From Protoeuglena noctilucae (Eukaryota), in NCBI GenBank assembly GCA_958009085.1, contig OY253678.1, forward strand, positions 558,001 to 622,000: DNA of 64,000 nucleotides, written 5' to 3'. The position numbers and the translations under genes were made by a program. Positions 34,736 to 47,419 of this stretch are shown here, piece after piece. The notes below the pieces were generated by a model. The model was not told the DNA's origin, ran no database searches, and saw nothing but the letters and a program-made list of their open reading frames with translations. Each line of letters starts with the position of its first letter. The first letter of the stretch is position 1.

Positions 34736-37320
34736 TTAGCATGCCTGCCGCCTTCCCCGCACCTGTGGCGCCGTGTGTCCTTTGGAGTCCGGCCCAGGCC
34801 CGGAGCTTGCCGGCGGACCAGCAGGCAAGGGCCCCGGGCCCGCCGTGCTCGCCTCTCCCGCCCCACCATTTGACTCCGTGACGACAGCACCGTCCCCGCC
34901 CCCGGCGCACGCCGCGCCGTCCCTCAACAAACTCACGCTGGGCCCCACCCGCGCGTCGAATGCCTCCGGGCCCGCTCTCAAGCCCCCCGGCTCCTCGCCA
35001 CCCCGGCAGATCGGAACTCTGGTCGCCAGAACTGCTCCCGTCTTCGTCTGCTTGCCCCCCACCACCCGGCCTCGGCCCCCCAACTCCTCTGCGTCTTCCC
35101 ATTGGCTGCTCCGCACCGACCCCGTCGTCACCGCCGTGGTCTCAGCCCCCGCGCTGGGCCGCGGCTCTTCCGAGCGCCCGTCCTCCCGCGGGCACGCAGC
35201 CTGGGGCGCCCCAGCCGCAGCCATGCTGCCCGGTCCTGCCCCCTCCGCCTCCCCCACCGAGCCTGCGCCCTCTGACTTGACGCGGACAGGCTCCGGCTGG
35301 CGCTCCGCCTGCACAGGAACGGCGCCCTTCCGCTCCCCCTTAACCCCCCGGCTGCCCCCACGGGGCGTGGCACCCGCAGTGCCCTGGTTGCACGGGCACA
35401 TGGCCGGCGGCCCCCTCGTGCGGCACTTGGGGCACACGGCGTCGCCGTCGAGCACCAGCGCGGCCATGGGGCCCATTGGGGGGATGGCCGACGCACACTG
35501 GTCCTCGTGGGGCCTTCCCTCGAACCTCGCACGCAGCACGGGTGTCTGCGGTCCCACCTTGAAGAACACCCTGCAACAGTGGCAAAAGCAGCGAGCGGTC
35601 CGCCATCTCCGAAAGAGCGCAGGCGACGCGTGATCGGGCGCAGGCGGCCGCATGCGTCACCTCTGCACCAGCGCTTCGTGCACAATACGCAGCGACCTCC
35701 ATTGCGGCCGTGGCTGGACGCGCTTGAACATCTGCACCGTGTTGTCCATGTGCAACAGCTCCGCGTCCGTCACCCTGCGGGCGCGACGCGTTATTGTTAG
35801 AGTGCAACGAGTGAACAGGCATGGCACGGAGCGTGCCGACCCATACCCCCGCCTCACCTCAGCGCCGTCAGGTCGGCCTCGGACATGAGCCCGAACCCCA
35901 GGTGCTCCCAGATGGCCTTGGTGTGCTTGGCGTTCTCCGAACACAGCAGGATGTAGGGTATGCCCAGCGCCCGGCAGACCTCCTCAATCGCCTCCAGCAT
36001 CGCCCGGCCGAACCCCTGACCCTTCCGGTGCTCCACAGTCGCGAAAAAGGGGACCTCCATGTACCCCTCCCCGGTACGCACGGTGGCGGCCGTCACTGCG
36101 CGGGGCAGGCAGGGACAACGTACTGTGGTTCCGCCAGGGCTGCGACGTGCCCTGCTGAGCGTAAGGACTGTCAAGGGAGCTCCGCGAGCCACAAAATCAC
36201 CCAACTCAGAACCAGTCCGTGGCGCACCGCATAGTGTGACCCACATATGCCACCCACCGGGCCTGGGGGCCTCAAGCGCGCACCGATGGGCGGGCGTCTC
36301 ACCTGGGCGCCGGCCCTTTGCGATGAGGACGGGGAGGGGCGGCCGAGGCCCCGCGAGGCTTTCGTACGCGGGAGGGACTTCGTAGTCGTAAGTGCCTGGC
36401 TGGGGGTACGCCGGTCGGTACCGGTGCATGAGGCTGATGACCCGGAACCCCTTGAAGTCCTGGGCATTGGCCACAAACGGCTGCGACTCGACGGGAATCT
36501 CGCCCTCGACAGTCCAGTCCAGAAACTGCAAGCGCAGGCGGGGTGCCGGGTGAGCCAGGTGAGCGGCCCTGAGACATGGGTCGTGATGCGGTGGGGCCCG
36601 GGTTGGCACCAGCGGCGCGCTGGGCACCTCGTGGATGGTGGCTGCGCGGCGGTTCTTGTCCTTCGTGCCCGGCGCTGGTGGCCTCTGCTTCCCAGTCTCG
36701 AATGCTTTAAAGAGGAACGGGACGAGGTCGCGCGCCTCGCGGGCGCCGCCCGTGCCCGCCCCCGCGGCGTAGTTCTTCAGTTCGTACACCACGTGGGGCC
36801 TCCCGGGAAGCTCGAAGATCTCGTCGCAGGGGATGCGGAACAGCTGCTGCCGGGAGGCCCAGACCTGCTCGCTCGTCTTGGTGACGCCCCGGCTCGAGTA
36901 GACCTGCGGGATGCCAGGCCCGTGGCGTCAGGGTGGGCGCGATGGGACGGGCGCACACCGGGGGCGGCGCGGGCGGGCGAGCGGGCGGGCGGCGGGCGCG
37001 CCAGGGCCGGGGGAGCGTGGCAGTGGCGGAACGGGACCGGGGGACGCACCATGGCCGGCGGGGCGACCGGTTGGGAGCCCGTCTCCTCGCGCGGCTCAAG
37101 CGCCGTCGCCTCCTTTACTCGATCCGCATCCACGTCCATGGGCTCGGCGCCCTCCGGCGCCGCGGCGCCCCCCGTCGAAATGGGTACCTTGGGTGCATCC
37201 TCCACGGACCCCACTGCGGGAAGGAGGGCCCGCCGCGTTCGACTTAGGACTCTCACGTGCACGTGGGAGCGACCTAAGCGGCCCGGAGGCGGCCCGCGCA
37301 CCGGCATCGCCAGTGCCCAT
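34736..37320 (-). CDS. GNAT-family N-acetyltransferase (IDM1-like GNAT domain) with a Cys-rich segment and low-complexity tail
   Basis: AVTAATVRTGEGYMEVPFFATVEHRKGQGFGRAMLEAIEEVCRALGIPYILL...AIWEHLGF contains the acetyl-CoA motif A (RxxGxG) in the context seen in plant PHD-GNAT proteins. Both termini are approximate. Confidence 0.8.
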
Positions 37321-37697
37321 GGGCCCCGCCCGCTGCCGGGCCTGCCGTGCCCGTGCGGCCCGCCAGAGAGGGGCGCGTAACACCCGAGCTTCACTGCCGC
37401 CCAGACACGACGCCCATGCCGCGCTGCCCGGTTCTCCCGGCGACGAGGCGAACCCAAGTGAGAAAAGTTTCGCAGGTGACAATCCCTCAACGCCTGCCGC
37501 TAATCTTAGGTAGCGTTTTTAATGCTGACCCGGGCCTGGTGCCAATGATGGCCGAGCAGACTTACCCTACCCAGCGCTGCAGTTCCCGGCCGAAAATCCA
37601 GGCCTTCTGGCTGTCGGCGATTCTAATGCGCACACGGACCGCATGAGGATGGCGATGCGGCTTTGACTTGAATCTCATCACAAGAATCTGGCTACTT

Positions 37698-37860
37698 CTG
37701 CACATCTGCCACTGCCACGCCTAGTCTAGCTACCACTCCTGCACACCTGCCACCCCCTGCCCTACCACTCCTGGTCATCTTCCTGCCACTCCTGCACACG
37801 CTCCTGCACATCTGCCACCCCCTTTCTGCCACTCGTGCACATCTGTCACCATCTCTGCTA
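37698..37860 (+). repeat. Degenerate minisatellite (ccactcctgcacatctgccacc-like units) just downstream of the methyltransferase stop
   Basis: Repeated ctgcacatctgccac and ccactcctg motifs, with almost no CpG. Confidence 0.8.
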
Positions 37861-37866
37861 CCGACA

Positions 37867-38942
37867 TCAAGCCGACGGCGCCACCGGCTGCATCTGAGGA
37901 GGTGCCAGGGCCCTCAAGACCGGCGCCGTCCGGACCTCGAAGACCACCACCCGGTGCGTGAGCTCCACCTGGCTGCTGCTGGACCACCCGTGGCGTTCCA
38001 GCGGGCCCTCGTGGAACACCGAATAGGCCAGCCCGTGGGCGTTGAAGGCGCACTCGACGTCATGGCGCGTCGTGAACACTCCGCTCATGGGACTCTCACC
38101 GTCCACACGCTCTGCGGGCAAGGGCGCCAAGGCAGACCCTCAAAACCATGCCCAACTCCCCTCCCCCTGCGCCAGCTCGCCGCTGTTACTGCGGCCCTCA
38201 CCCACGTAGGCGATGAACGCGGTGGGGGACTGGGGCCCTGCGGAGAGCCCCGCGAGCGTCTGCATGAACGGCTCAAGGAGCTCCGACAGAAAGCACGTCT
38301 CGCACGCCAGCACGACTTCCGTGGAGCTCAGGTCCTGGCCACCCCCTTGCGACTTGAGCGGCTTCGTCCAATCGAGGGGCGCCACTGCAGCTGTGCCGCG
38401 GCCCAGGCACACCGCGCCGACCCACGGCGCAGAGCTCTTCGGCGCGTCGCCCGCTCCGTCGACATCGCTGCCGTCCGCTGCGGCACCCCCGTTCGCGACG
38501 TTGTAGGCGAGGCTCACGGACGTGGCGCCCGAGAGGGTCACGGGCACATCCGTCAACAGCACGTGCGCCCCGCTCGCCGCTGCGGCAAGCCCGACGAGCC
38601 CCGTCCCGCTTCCCAGCTCCACCGTACGCTTCCCCTCCAGCCGCAGTCGCAGGGGCGACGCCTCGGTAGAAAGCAGCTTCGCGACCGTGCTCGAGGCCTC
38701 CCACAGCCGGAATCCTGCAGTGGCGCGGCAGGATGCGTTGCGGATTCCCCCGTCGCCCCGAGTGGGGCGCTGGAGACGATGAGCGACGCACCCGTGAGCG
38801 CTGCTACGGTCGCATCCTCATCAAACATGTGTGCCAGCGCGAAGCCCTCGTGCGCAGGATGCTCATGGTCCTGGCGAATGGCGAAGACGCGCGCTCCCAG
38901 GACGTCGCAGGCCGTCAGGACAAATCCCTCCTCCAAAATCAT
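37867..38942 (-). CDS. Protein-lysine methyltransferase, METTL21/Methyltransf_16 family
   Basis: LT|GFRLWEAS, VELGSGTGLVGLAAA, VLLTD, VAPLDW and VVLACET. Three exons. Confidence 0.88.
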
Positions 38943-39215
38943 TCATGCACAAATAGAGCAACACCCGCAGCGCGAGAGGAGCTGCGAAGCGCCGCCGTCA
39001 ACGGCCTTTGTGCAAACGGCTCATTTCTGACGCGGCCGGCTGCCAGGCCCTCGCCCTTTGCGCCCTTTGGGCCTTCTCAATGCCAGTCTCTGACCCTTGA
39101 ATTTAGTGTGTGCAACGCATCCACAAACGGGGGGTCCATCAAGGCCGAAGCGGCGACACGGGCTGCGTTTCTCTGCTAGCGCGGCCTGCACAGGCGTCGG
39201 GGGACGGGGGTAGTC

Positions 39216-40144
39216 ATGCGCAACGCAGTCATCGCGGCTGCCGCCCTTTTCGCTGGTGGCGCTGCCATCGCGGGGCCGCAGCTGGCGGTAAGGCGCCTCA
39301 TGGGAGCACGCCGCAAGCAGAGGCAGGGCTTTCCTGCCGACTGCGCAGCTCACCGGTCTCCGCGCGCCCCTCGATTGCGAGCTCGAAAAGTGAATAACCC
39401 TCTGGAAGACCTGGGTTCCGTCCACGGCAGCCCGCAGGACTTCTTCCAGGCCCGTGCCGAGGTGATGAGCCTGGAGGCCAGCCTGGCGCGCCAGAGGGCC
39501 AAGGGGAAGGAGATTGAGGCGGAGATTGAGCGTCATGTCGCTGCGATGGAGAGGCTCCTGGTGAAGCAGGCCGAGTCGGACGACACCATAGCGACGTGCG
39601 AGTCGAGGCTTGCCACGGCAAGAGAGGCCGTCTCGCAGGTGAGGCGAAACGAGCGGCACGCACGCGGAGACCGGAAAGCATCGCAATGCGTCGACATCGT
39701 CGTGCTAAACGTCCGTTGTGGCACCGGCATGAGTGCTGGGCAGGAGGTGGGACACGCAAAGCCCTTCCCCGCGCCTCGTTGCAGTTGGAAGAGCAGCTGT
39801 CGACGCACCAGCAGGAGGGACGCAAGCTGCAGCAGAGCATCGCTGCGGCTCAGAAGAGCCATTTGGCATTGTCAGAGGAGATGAAGGTGACCACGCCTTT
39901 GGGTGCAGTGGGCGAACGTGCCATGGCCTTGCTATGTTGCCACGCGTGCACGCTTGCTTACGCGGCGCTTCATTTACCTATCCTACAGAAGATGCGGGCG
40001 GCCATGGAGAACGTGAGCGCGTCGTTGCAACAAATGCGGCAGCGGGCGGACATGGCATGGTCCCGACTTCCGGGAATGACAGGGGGAATGGAGGCGGAGA
40101 GGACGCTCATCGACATGGCCAAGGGCAGCAAGGGGAGCAAATAG
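39216..40144 (+). CDS. Hypothetical coiled-coil protein with an N-terminal hydrophobic anchor or signal
   Basis: MRNAVIAAAALFAGGAAIAGPQLA|DFFQARAEVMSLEASLARQ...|LEEQLSTHQQ...|KMRAAMENVS...GSK*. Three phase-0 GT-AG introns. Confidence 0.7.
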
Positions 40145-40176
40145 CATCTCGCCTTCCTGGTCCACGCTCACGTCTC

Positions 40177-41986
40177 CTAATGGTGCACGTGCCCCGCATG
40201 GTCGTGGTCGTGGCAGTGGTGGTCATGGTCGTGGTGGCCTTGGCACTGGTGGCCGTGGTCGTGGTCGTGATGGTGGTGGTGCTGGTGATGTTGGTGGGCC
40301 CGCTTGCCCTCCTCCACCGCCGTCAGGAACGTGTTGGCCACCTCCTCGTTGTCGCGATCGAACTGAAGCGCCATGTAGAAGGCCTCCGCGGCCTCTTGGT
40401 ACCGCCCTGCGGAGGCAGGTGGCATCCCTGTGAAGCCACAACACGACGTCGCTTGCCTGGGACGCACGTGCACCCTATCTTGCGCCCCTCACCCAGGCTG
40501 TGGTAGCCCTTGCCCTCCCGGAACCACGCTTTCGTGTACGTCGGGTCCAGCGTCCGGCTGACCATCGCGTCCCGAATCGCCTCCACGTGCCTCCCGAGCC
40601 TCAGCATGGCCATCGCCCGGTTGGCCCACACCGCGGGGTTGTGCGTGTCGTGCCGCAGGGATGCGTTGTACTGCAGGGCCGCCTCCCCGTGCCGCCCGGC
40701 CACGAACGCCTCGTCGCCCGCACGCTTCGCCGCGGCCGCCTTCGTAGCGTCCGGCTCGGCGGGCTCGGGGATGACGGCGCGGCGGGACGCCACCGGCGCG
40801 TCGTCGGCTTTCTCCGCAGAGGAGGGCGTGGGAGGCTCGCCCCCGCCGTGCTCGCGGCCCCAGGCGTCGGCCGCCTCCACCGTCAGCGGCCCCGTCAGCC
40901 CCTCGGGCACCGGGCTCACCCCGACCAACACCTCCAGGGTCCCGCGCCTCGCCTCCCCCGACCCCATCCGCGACTTGGCGGCCGCCTCAAGCGGCGTATC
41001 ACCCGCTCCGGCCCGATCCCGCTGCGTCGCGCACGGCGTGGCGCCCCGATCCAGCAGAAGCCGCACCAGGGCGGGGGAGCACTGGGCAGCGGCCACGTGG
41101 AGGGCGGTGATGCCCCCCTGGGCCGCGGCGCAGGGGTCGGCGCCGGCGTCGGCGAGGGCCTCCACGACGTCCACGGACCCGACCGCAGCCGCCATGAACA
41201 GCGGCGTGACGCCGCGCGACGCGACGTGCTGTGGCGACGCGCCGCGGGCGAGGAGCCACCGCACTTCCTCGGTGTGGCCGCGGCCGGCCGCCCAGGACAG
41301 CGGCTGGCCCTCATCGGGCGTCGCGGTCGCGAGAGACGCTCCGCGGGCCACGAGGAGGTCCATCAGCTGCACAGAGCCGATGTACGCCGCCCGGTGAAGG
41401 GGCCCCGGGGTGCCGTCCTTCAGAGGCTCGACCGCGGCGCCTTTTTCGAGCAGATACTCGACCACATCGATCGCTTTCGCGCTACTGCGATCAAACGGAC
41501 AAAGACGACAGCGTCGGCCGCGCGAACACGCGGTTGGAGGGCGACATGGGGCCCTACCACGCCAAGGAGGCCCTACGCGAGCGTGGCGGCGAGTGGGCGA
41601 GCGCGCCCACCATGCGAGGCCCAAGGCCGTGTTGTGGTCACTGTCGGGCGCATCGACCGGCACCCCGCACGTCTCCACCAGGTGCCGGCACAGCTCCAGA
41701 GAGCGAGCCGCGGCAGCCAGGTGCAGGAGGGAGCGGCTCTCCCCGTCCTGCATGGACAGCGACAGGACACCATGGATACGTATCTGACCACGCACACCCA
41801 GGCGCAGGAAGCGGCGCGGGGCGCGCGCGGCGGGGATCGGCCGAGATGCAGGGAAAGGCAGCGCACCCGAACCGCGGCGATGTCCCCCGCAGAACGACCC
41901 TTCGTGGCCTCTTGGAAACTCTGCAAAGATCCAGAGTGCGCAGCCAGGAGGACGGCCTCCTTTGCCTCCTTCGAGAGAGGGGCCAT
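40177..41986 (-). CDS. Ankyrin-repeat plus TPR protein (plant TPR10-like co-chaperone architecture) with His-rich C-terminus
   Basis: Ankyrin repeats (SLLHLAAA, GPLHRAAYIG, QPLSWAAGRG, TPLFMAAAVG, TALHVAA) are followed by three TPRs (KRAGDEAF...WANRAMAMLRLG...YTKAWFREG) and a His tail. Confidence 0.88.
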
Positions 41987-42300
41987 TTGGATCGAGGGCG
42001 CAGAGCCCGAACAGAACACAGGGGCCTCCTTCAGGACAGAGTCGACGATTCAGCGATCGTGCTATCGAATTAAGCGCGAGACAGCTGCACAGATGCGCTC
42101 GACGGCGCAAGACATGCGCGCAGGACGAGCCGGGCTGCAGACGCCAGAGTGTTGGAGCGCGGGCGGCGGAGCCTGCTCAAACGGTCTCCCCTTTGTCACC
42201 GATGCTTGTCTATTGGGACTAGGGATACCCTTCTGCATCCGCTTTTTGGGCTGGTGGACCTTCGGCGACCGTGGAGGCTGGGGGGTCAGCGTGAGGGACG

Positions 42301-42941
42301 ATGGCGACGTCCTCGCGCGACTGGATGTTCTGTCCACGGTCGGGGGACCTGCTGAACCTTGTGCCGGCAAGAGGGGTCGCGGAGTGCCCCCTGTGCGGCT
42401 TCAGCCGGAGCTTGGACGGTGCGTGCCCCCGCGCGTGCATCCCCGTGTAACCGCGCCGCGTCCTGCGTCCTCAGCACCGCTAGCTGCTGCTGCAGACCTG
42501 CGCAATGTGTGCGTGGTGACGAAGGCGGACGTGGAGGACTTGCGGCGGCGGCACGGGCTGCAACCCTTCCTCAAGAAGGGTTCGGGGGAGGAGCGGAGGC
42601 AGCGGGTGAGCTGATGCGGCGCTTCCCACTGTTGTCGGAGCTCTGCATGAAGCAAGTGCGTTGGTGCTGATGGAGGCGCCCGTCCATGTCGGCTGCGCAG
42701 GCGACGGTGGACGAGGACTGCCCCAAGTGCGGCCACCACCAGCTGGAGTACTACACGATGCAGCTGCGGTCGGCGGACGAAGGCCAGGTGAGCGGAGCTG
42801 CTCGCGGGTTGCGGCGCATGCCGTGGAGACGCCGATATAGTCTGGAGAGCTACCTGGACCCCCCCTCTCTGCCCCAATCGCCCGCAGACGGTCTTCTATG
42901 AATGTCCCAAATGCAAGCACAAGTGGTCGCAAAACACGTGA
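42301..42941 (+). CDS. RPA12: DNA-directed RNA polymerase I subunit RPA12
   Basis: MATSSRDWMFCPRSGDLL...ECPLCG and a C-terminal TFIIS-like ribbon ATVDEDCPKCGH...YYTMQLRSADEGQ|TVFYECPKCKHKW. Four exons. Confidence 0.93.
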
Positions 42942-42955
42942 CGCACGCCCTCGTG

Positions 42956-44086
42956 CTACTCTTTCAACGCCTCTGCTGCGCCATGACCGTTTGCCGGCCC
43001 AGGGACGCCCACTGTGCCTCGGAACAGTGCGTGCTTCCTTAGCTGGCCCCTCCTTAGCACCCTACTGACTTCGCTCGCAAAAACTTTGGATGTCTGGGCC
43101 CGCTTCATGCCCATGACGGAGCACAGGCTGCGGGGGAGGGGTGGGAGGCTGTGGGCATCCGGGCCGGCCACCGGCCGCGTGTGTGGCGGCCCGCCGCGGC
43201 CGTTCGCTCGCCTGGCCACGTCGCCCAGCGCCCGGAGCTCGAGAGCATGCTGGGCGCCGCCGGTGACGAGGATGCCCTTGCCGCGGGTGGCGTGCAAGAG
43301 GTTCTTCACATTGACGATGACGTTGCGCCGAGCGAAGGGGCCGCGGAGCAGCTGCGCGTAGCACACTTCGAAGCGTAGGCCCCTGCGGGGGTGGGGACGG
43401 CAACGTGGTGCAGCCTGCCTCACTGTGTTGCGGCGGCACTCGTGCCTGTGCGCACTCGCCCCGTCACACACCTTTTGATGCCGGTGGCGAGGACTTTTGA
43501 GTTGAACTTCAGGGATAGAAACTGACTGTGGGAGGGCGGCAAGGGGTCACGCGTTTCCACCCACGTGCATCCAGACTGCGGATGGCGTGTGATCGCATCG
43601 CCAGCCAACCTGAGGTCCAAAGAGATTATGTCCGCGTCGAGGGTGGTGCAGCACAACTGGAGGACGCGGTCGTTGGCTGGCCGCACCGCGATGACGTCGA
43701 AGCCCCTAGGGCCGCATCGTGAGGACCCCAGGGCAGCCTGCACCGAGATGGGGTCCGAGGCCACGACCGTCAGGCGCTGATAGACGTGGAAGGGCCGCAG
43801 GGCAGGCCCGGCGTACGACTCGGCAGCCTGGACGGCGGTGTTCGACGGCCCAGGCGGGCTCCAGGTCGACTGTCCGTCGGGCGCCACCGCGACCGTGTCC
43901 TGCGCCCAGGCCGGCGTCCTCTGGGTCAGAAGAAGGTTGATACAAGGCCAGCGACTTGCTCAACACGTGCTGCAAGCTCACCAGGCACGCGCCGACGTAG
44001 CCCAGCCGGCTGAGCTGCTCCAAGCGGGCCCGCACGTCCAGAGGGCTGTCGTCAGGGGTGCACGGCACGCACAGGTCGAGGGACAT
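42956..44086 (-). CDS. RPP30: RNase P/MRP subunit p30
   Basis: LGYVGAC, YQRLTV, FDVIAVRP...DADIISLD, GLRFEVCYAQLL, TRGKGILVTGGA...ELRALGDVA. Confidence 0.88.
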
Positions 44087-44434
44087 GGGGCCAGCAATCC
44101 CGCCAGCTGTCTCCCACCGTCCGCCTCTATCCGCACAAGCCGTCGCCGTGGCGCCTCTCCTTGCCGCCGCTCGGCATCGTGCAGTGCCAGTGAAACACAC
44201 GATCCGTTGAACGATGCAGCGCCACGCCGGGCCGGCACGATCACTATGCCGGTGTGATCGCGAGCTGTGGCTGCACAGGCATTCCCTGCCCAGGCACTAA
44301 CATCTCTACCCGATTCGCCGGCAGGTCGCCGAACGCGGCGCATTTAGACCTGGGGTGGTAGTGCGGTCGAGAAATCGGTCGTCATCAATCGGTCGCGCCG
44401 CTGGTACGCGACATATAGCGCGCGAGAGGCGTGG

Positions 44435-46796
44435 ATGGCGTTGGCTACCTGTCCCCCGGCGGCCGCGCCGCGGCATTGTCCCCTTGCCGATGCTCCTCGC
44501 GTTCCAGTTCCTTCCGTCGCTCGCAGGCCATCGCGGTTCATGCACGGCTCCACACGCTCGGGTCCGCCGGGCAAGGTGTCGCCCGACGCAGGCGGGTTGG
44601 ACGGCCCCTCCCCGATCCCATCGACCTTGACGGCGGATGGAACTGTGACGAAGCAGGTGGGACGCGCGCATCATTCTCGCGCCAGTCGCCCGTCGTGCCG
44701 ACCCCCGCGCGAACCCCCTCGGCACAGCCGCCGCGACCCTTGCGCAGGTCGCGTGCGATCCGCCGGGCGTCCGCGGCTGGAACGTTTACGTCCATACTAT
44801 GACCAACATAAAAGTGCTCCTGGTGACTGCAGGCTGTGCTGAACCTGGCCCCGCCGGGCGCCGCGGCCACCGTGACCTGGGCGACACAGTCCGCCCCGCC
44901 GGGCGCCGGCGGGGGCTCCTTGCGGGCGTCGCGCATCGCCGCTAGCTCCAAGTCTATCTCCGGAGATGTGACGGCGGTCCGCGTGATCAAGGGTGCAGCC
45001 GCCGTCCCACCTGCGCCCATGACATGGGCCGTGGGGGCCCCCATCATCCTTCCCGTGGGGGGCAAGGCCGGCACGTTCATCCTTTCCTCGAGCTCCGGTT
45101 CTACGCCCGCCATCGTCGCGCAGGCGGCCCTGGCGACGCGGTCGACCAGCGCTACTGCTCCGGCCAAGTCTGTTGCGTCCGAAGAGACCCGAGACACGGC
45201 GCCCACAGCGCCCGCCACGCCCGTGCCGTCCGCGGAGGGCCAGACCTCGAGCGCCACCCCCGCTTCTCGTGTGGTAGCAGAGGCCCGGGGGGAGCGGCCC
45301 CACACGCGCAGCGCCGCTGGCACCGCGGCCCCGGCCTCGGCGTCAAGCCAGGACCGTTCGGGCCTGCAGTACCGCGGCGTGCGACAGCGGCCGTGGGGCA
45401 AGTGGGCCGCGGAGATCCGAGACCCCACCAAGGGCCAGCGGGTGTGGCTGGGCACCTTTGACACGGCCGAGGAGGCAGCACGGGCGTATGACACGGCTGC
45501 GCGGCGCATTCGGGGCGCCCAGGCCCGGACGAACTTCCCAGAGGAGGCGGGGCTGGTGGGATCCGGCAGGGACGGCGCGGGCGTTGCGGGGGGTCGCGGT
45601 GGTTACCGGGACGGCCCTGCGACGGCGCACGCGACCGTCGTGCGCGGCATGCCGGGGGCGATCCGCACGCGGGGCGGACGAACGGTGCGGCCCACGCTGA
45701 TCGGCAGCGCACCGGCCACTCCCCAGGGTCCCCGGGGGGGCCCAGCTACGCGTCCCAAGCGCACCGCGTCCTTTGCGCTGGAGGGCGAGCAACTGAAGCG
45801 CCCCAAAAGCGCCCTGGTGAGTTGCGCGTCTTGCAACGGGCGGGCTTGTAGACGCAAAGCCGTTCTGGCCATAACTCATGCGCCGGTCTACGGCCTGTGT
45901 CTGTTGCGCAGGCCGAGTGCGGGATGGCATGCGATGGAGACGCTGCGCCAGAGGACGCCGTGGCGATGGCGAGCCCCAAGGAGGGCCAGGGGATGTCCTC
46001 TGTCGAGTCGGAGGACGTCGACGAGCTCTTCATGGGTGAGCGGCGGTGGCTGAGACATCCGAGTCCGACGGATCGGCCGCTATGCGCTTGCCGTTTCCGT
46101 ACCTTGCCAAAGGCGTGTATGGGCGTCGTGTTCCAAGCCTCAGCGTGAGCTCATGGCGTTGTGCCCGGCACTCTCTGCAGACGCTCCCGAGCTCCTTCGC
46201 GTCCCCGTCCTGGCCGGGGGCCTCCGCAGCGGCGACGTTCTGGCGGTGCCCGAGCGGGAGGGCCTGCAGGACAAGGAGGGTGGTCCGCGGGGCCCCGGGG
46301 CCGCTGCAGGCCAGGCGGAGGCGACGATGGGTGGGTCGGACGCCGTCGGCCTGGGCGGTGCGGTCGCGGAGAAGGCGCCGTTCGAGGAGGCGGGGAAGAA
46401 GGACGAGAGGGGTGCCTTCCCGATGGACGTGCTTCTGATCGGGAGTGACGAGGAGGACGCCATCGGCCTCTGTTCGGGTGCGGCAGCACTGCGGGTCACA
46501 GGGAACGTGCGGGCAGCTTTGTGCATGCGCGGGAGCGTGCGACGTAAGCTGTGTTTCAACTTGCGTCCTCAGGTGGCATGGAGGACTTGGAGAGGGCCTT
46601 AATGGGCATCGAGGCGGACAGCGACTCGGAGCAAGATGCGTTCGCGTTCGCTGCGATCGGGTGCGAGGACTTGTGGGACGTCGCAGAGCACGACCTTGCA
46701 GCTGTGCTGAGCACGGTCCCGGGGAGCGCCACGGAGGCAGCGCTGGGCACCTCTCCCATTGGCCACGACTTCTTTGACCGCCTGCCCGCCCGGTGA
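44435..46796 (+). CDS. AP2/ERF-domain transcription factor
   Basis: [57 protein letters not shown] at about 45370-45540, with acidic C-terminal exons. The start is approximate. Confidence 0.92.
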
Positions 46797-47419
46797 GCGC
46801 CCCATGCGTCTTTTTGCTGCACACGACTCGTGCTCGGCAACGATCTCCTGCAGTCGAGGTGTCCTCTCTCCCGCTCTCCACTGCAGGCTGGACGCCGGGT
46901 CAGGCAGGGTCCACGTCAGCTGACCGCAGTGTAGGAGCGTCACCCTCGCGAGCCGTTTTCAGATGCTGCGCTGGGCACTCCTGCGTCACCTTGGCCACCC
47001 TGGTGTTGAGGACTGGGGGGCCGGGTGCGTCGTTGGCAAAGCTGCGCCCATGTTTTTCCGCCAATAATCGAACACTGGCACTACCTTAGACTCCCTCGCT
47101 CTTCAGCCCCGTTTCTCCCCCTTTGATCTGACTTTTTGCCTTCCCACTAGACCCCTCAACACCCTAGCTGTGAAGTTTGAACCTTAAGCCTCTCATGCGA
47201 TGCTGCATCGTTATGCTGCACGTGACAGGGGGCACGAGCTGGCTTGCTTCCTCACGTCATACCTGTCTCGCACACACCAGCACAGCACGAATGCGGTACC
47301 TTGCACATATCTGGCTGCTAATTTGGCCCGGGAAGCCTGCTTATCACAAAATGCGCCCTTGGTTGTGCACCACTTCGTTGCTTCATGCGCTAGATGCCCG
47401 CATCTTTCACCAGTGCATC

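Noticed and set aside
37698..37860. CRISPR-like or transposon-derived array
   Set aside because: Units are degenerate with no unique spacers, terminal repeats or transposase. This is a simple minisatellite in a eukaryotic 3' region.
40500..42614. 704-aa plus-strand ORF and other long ORFs such as 31585-33276, 3431-4786 and 9353-10321
   Set aside because: These are Arg/Pro/Gly/Ala-rich antisense or off-frame shadows, or intergenic open frames, expected at this GC content. They show no recognisable motifs.
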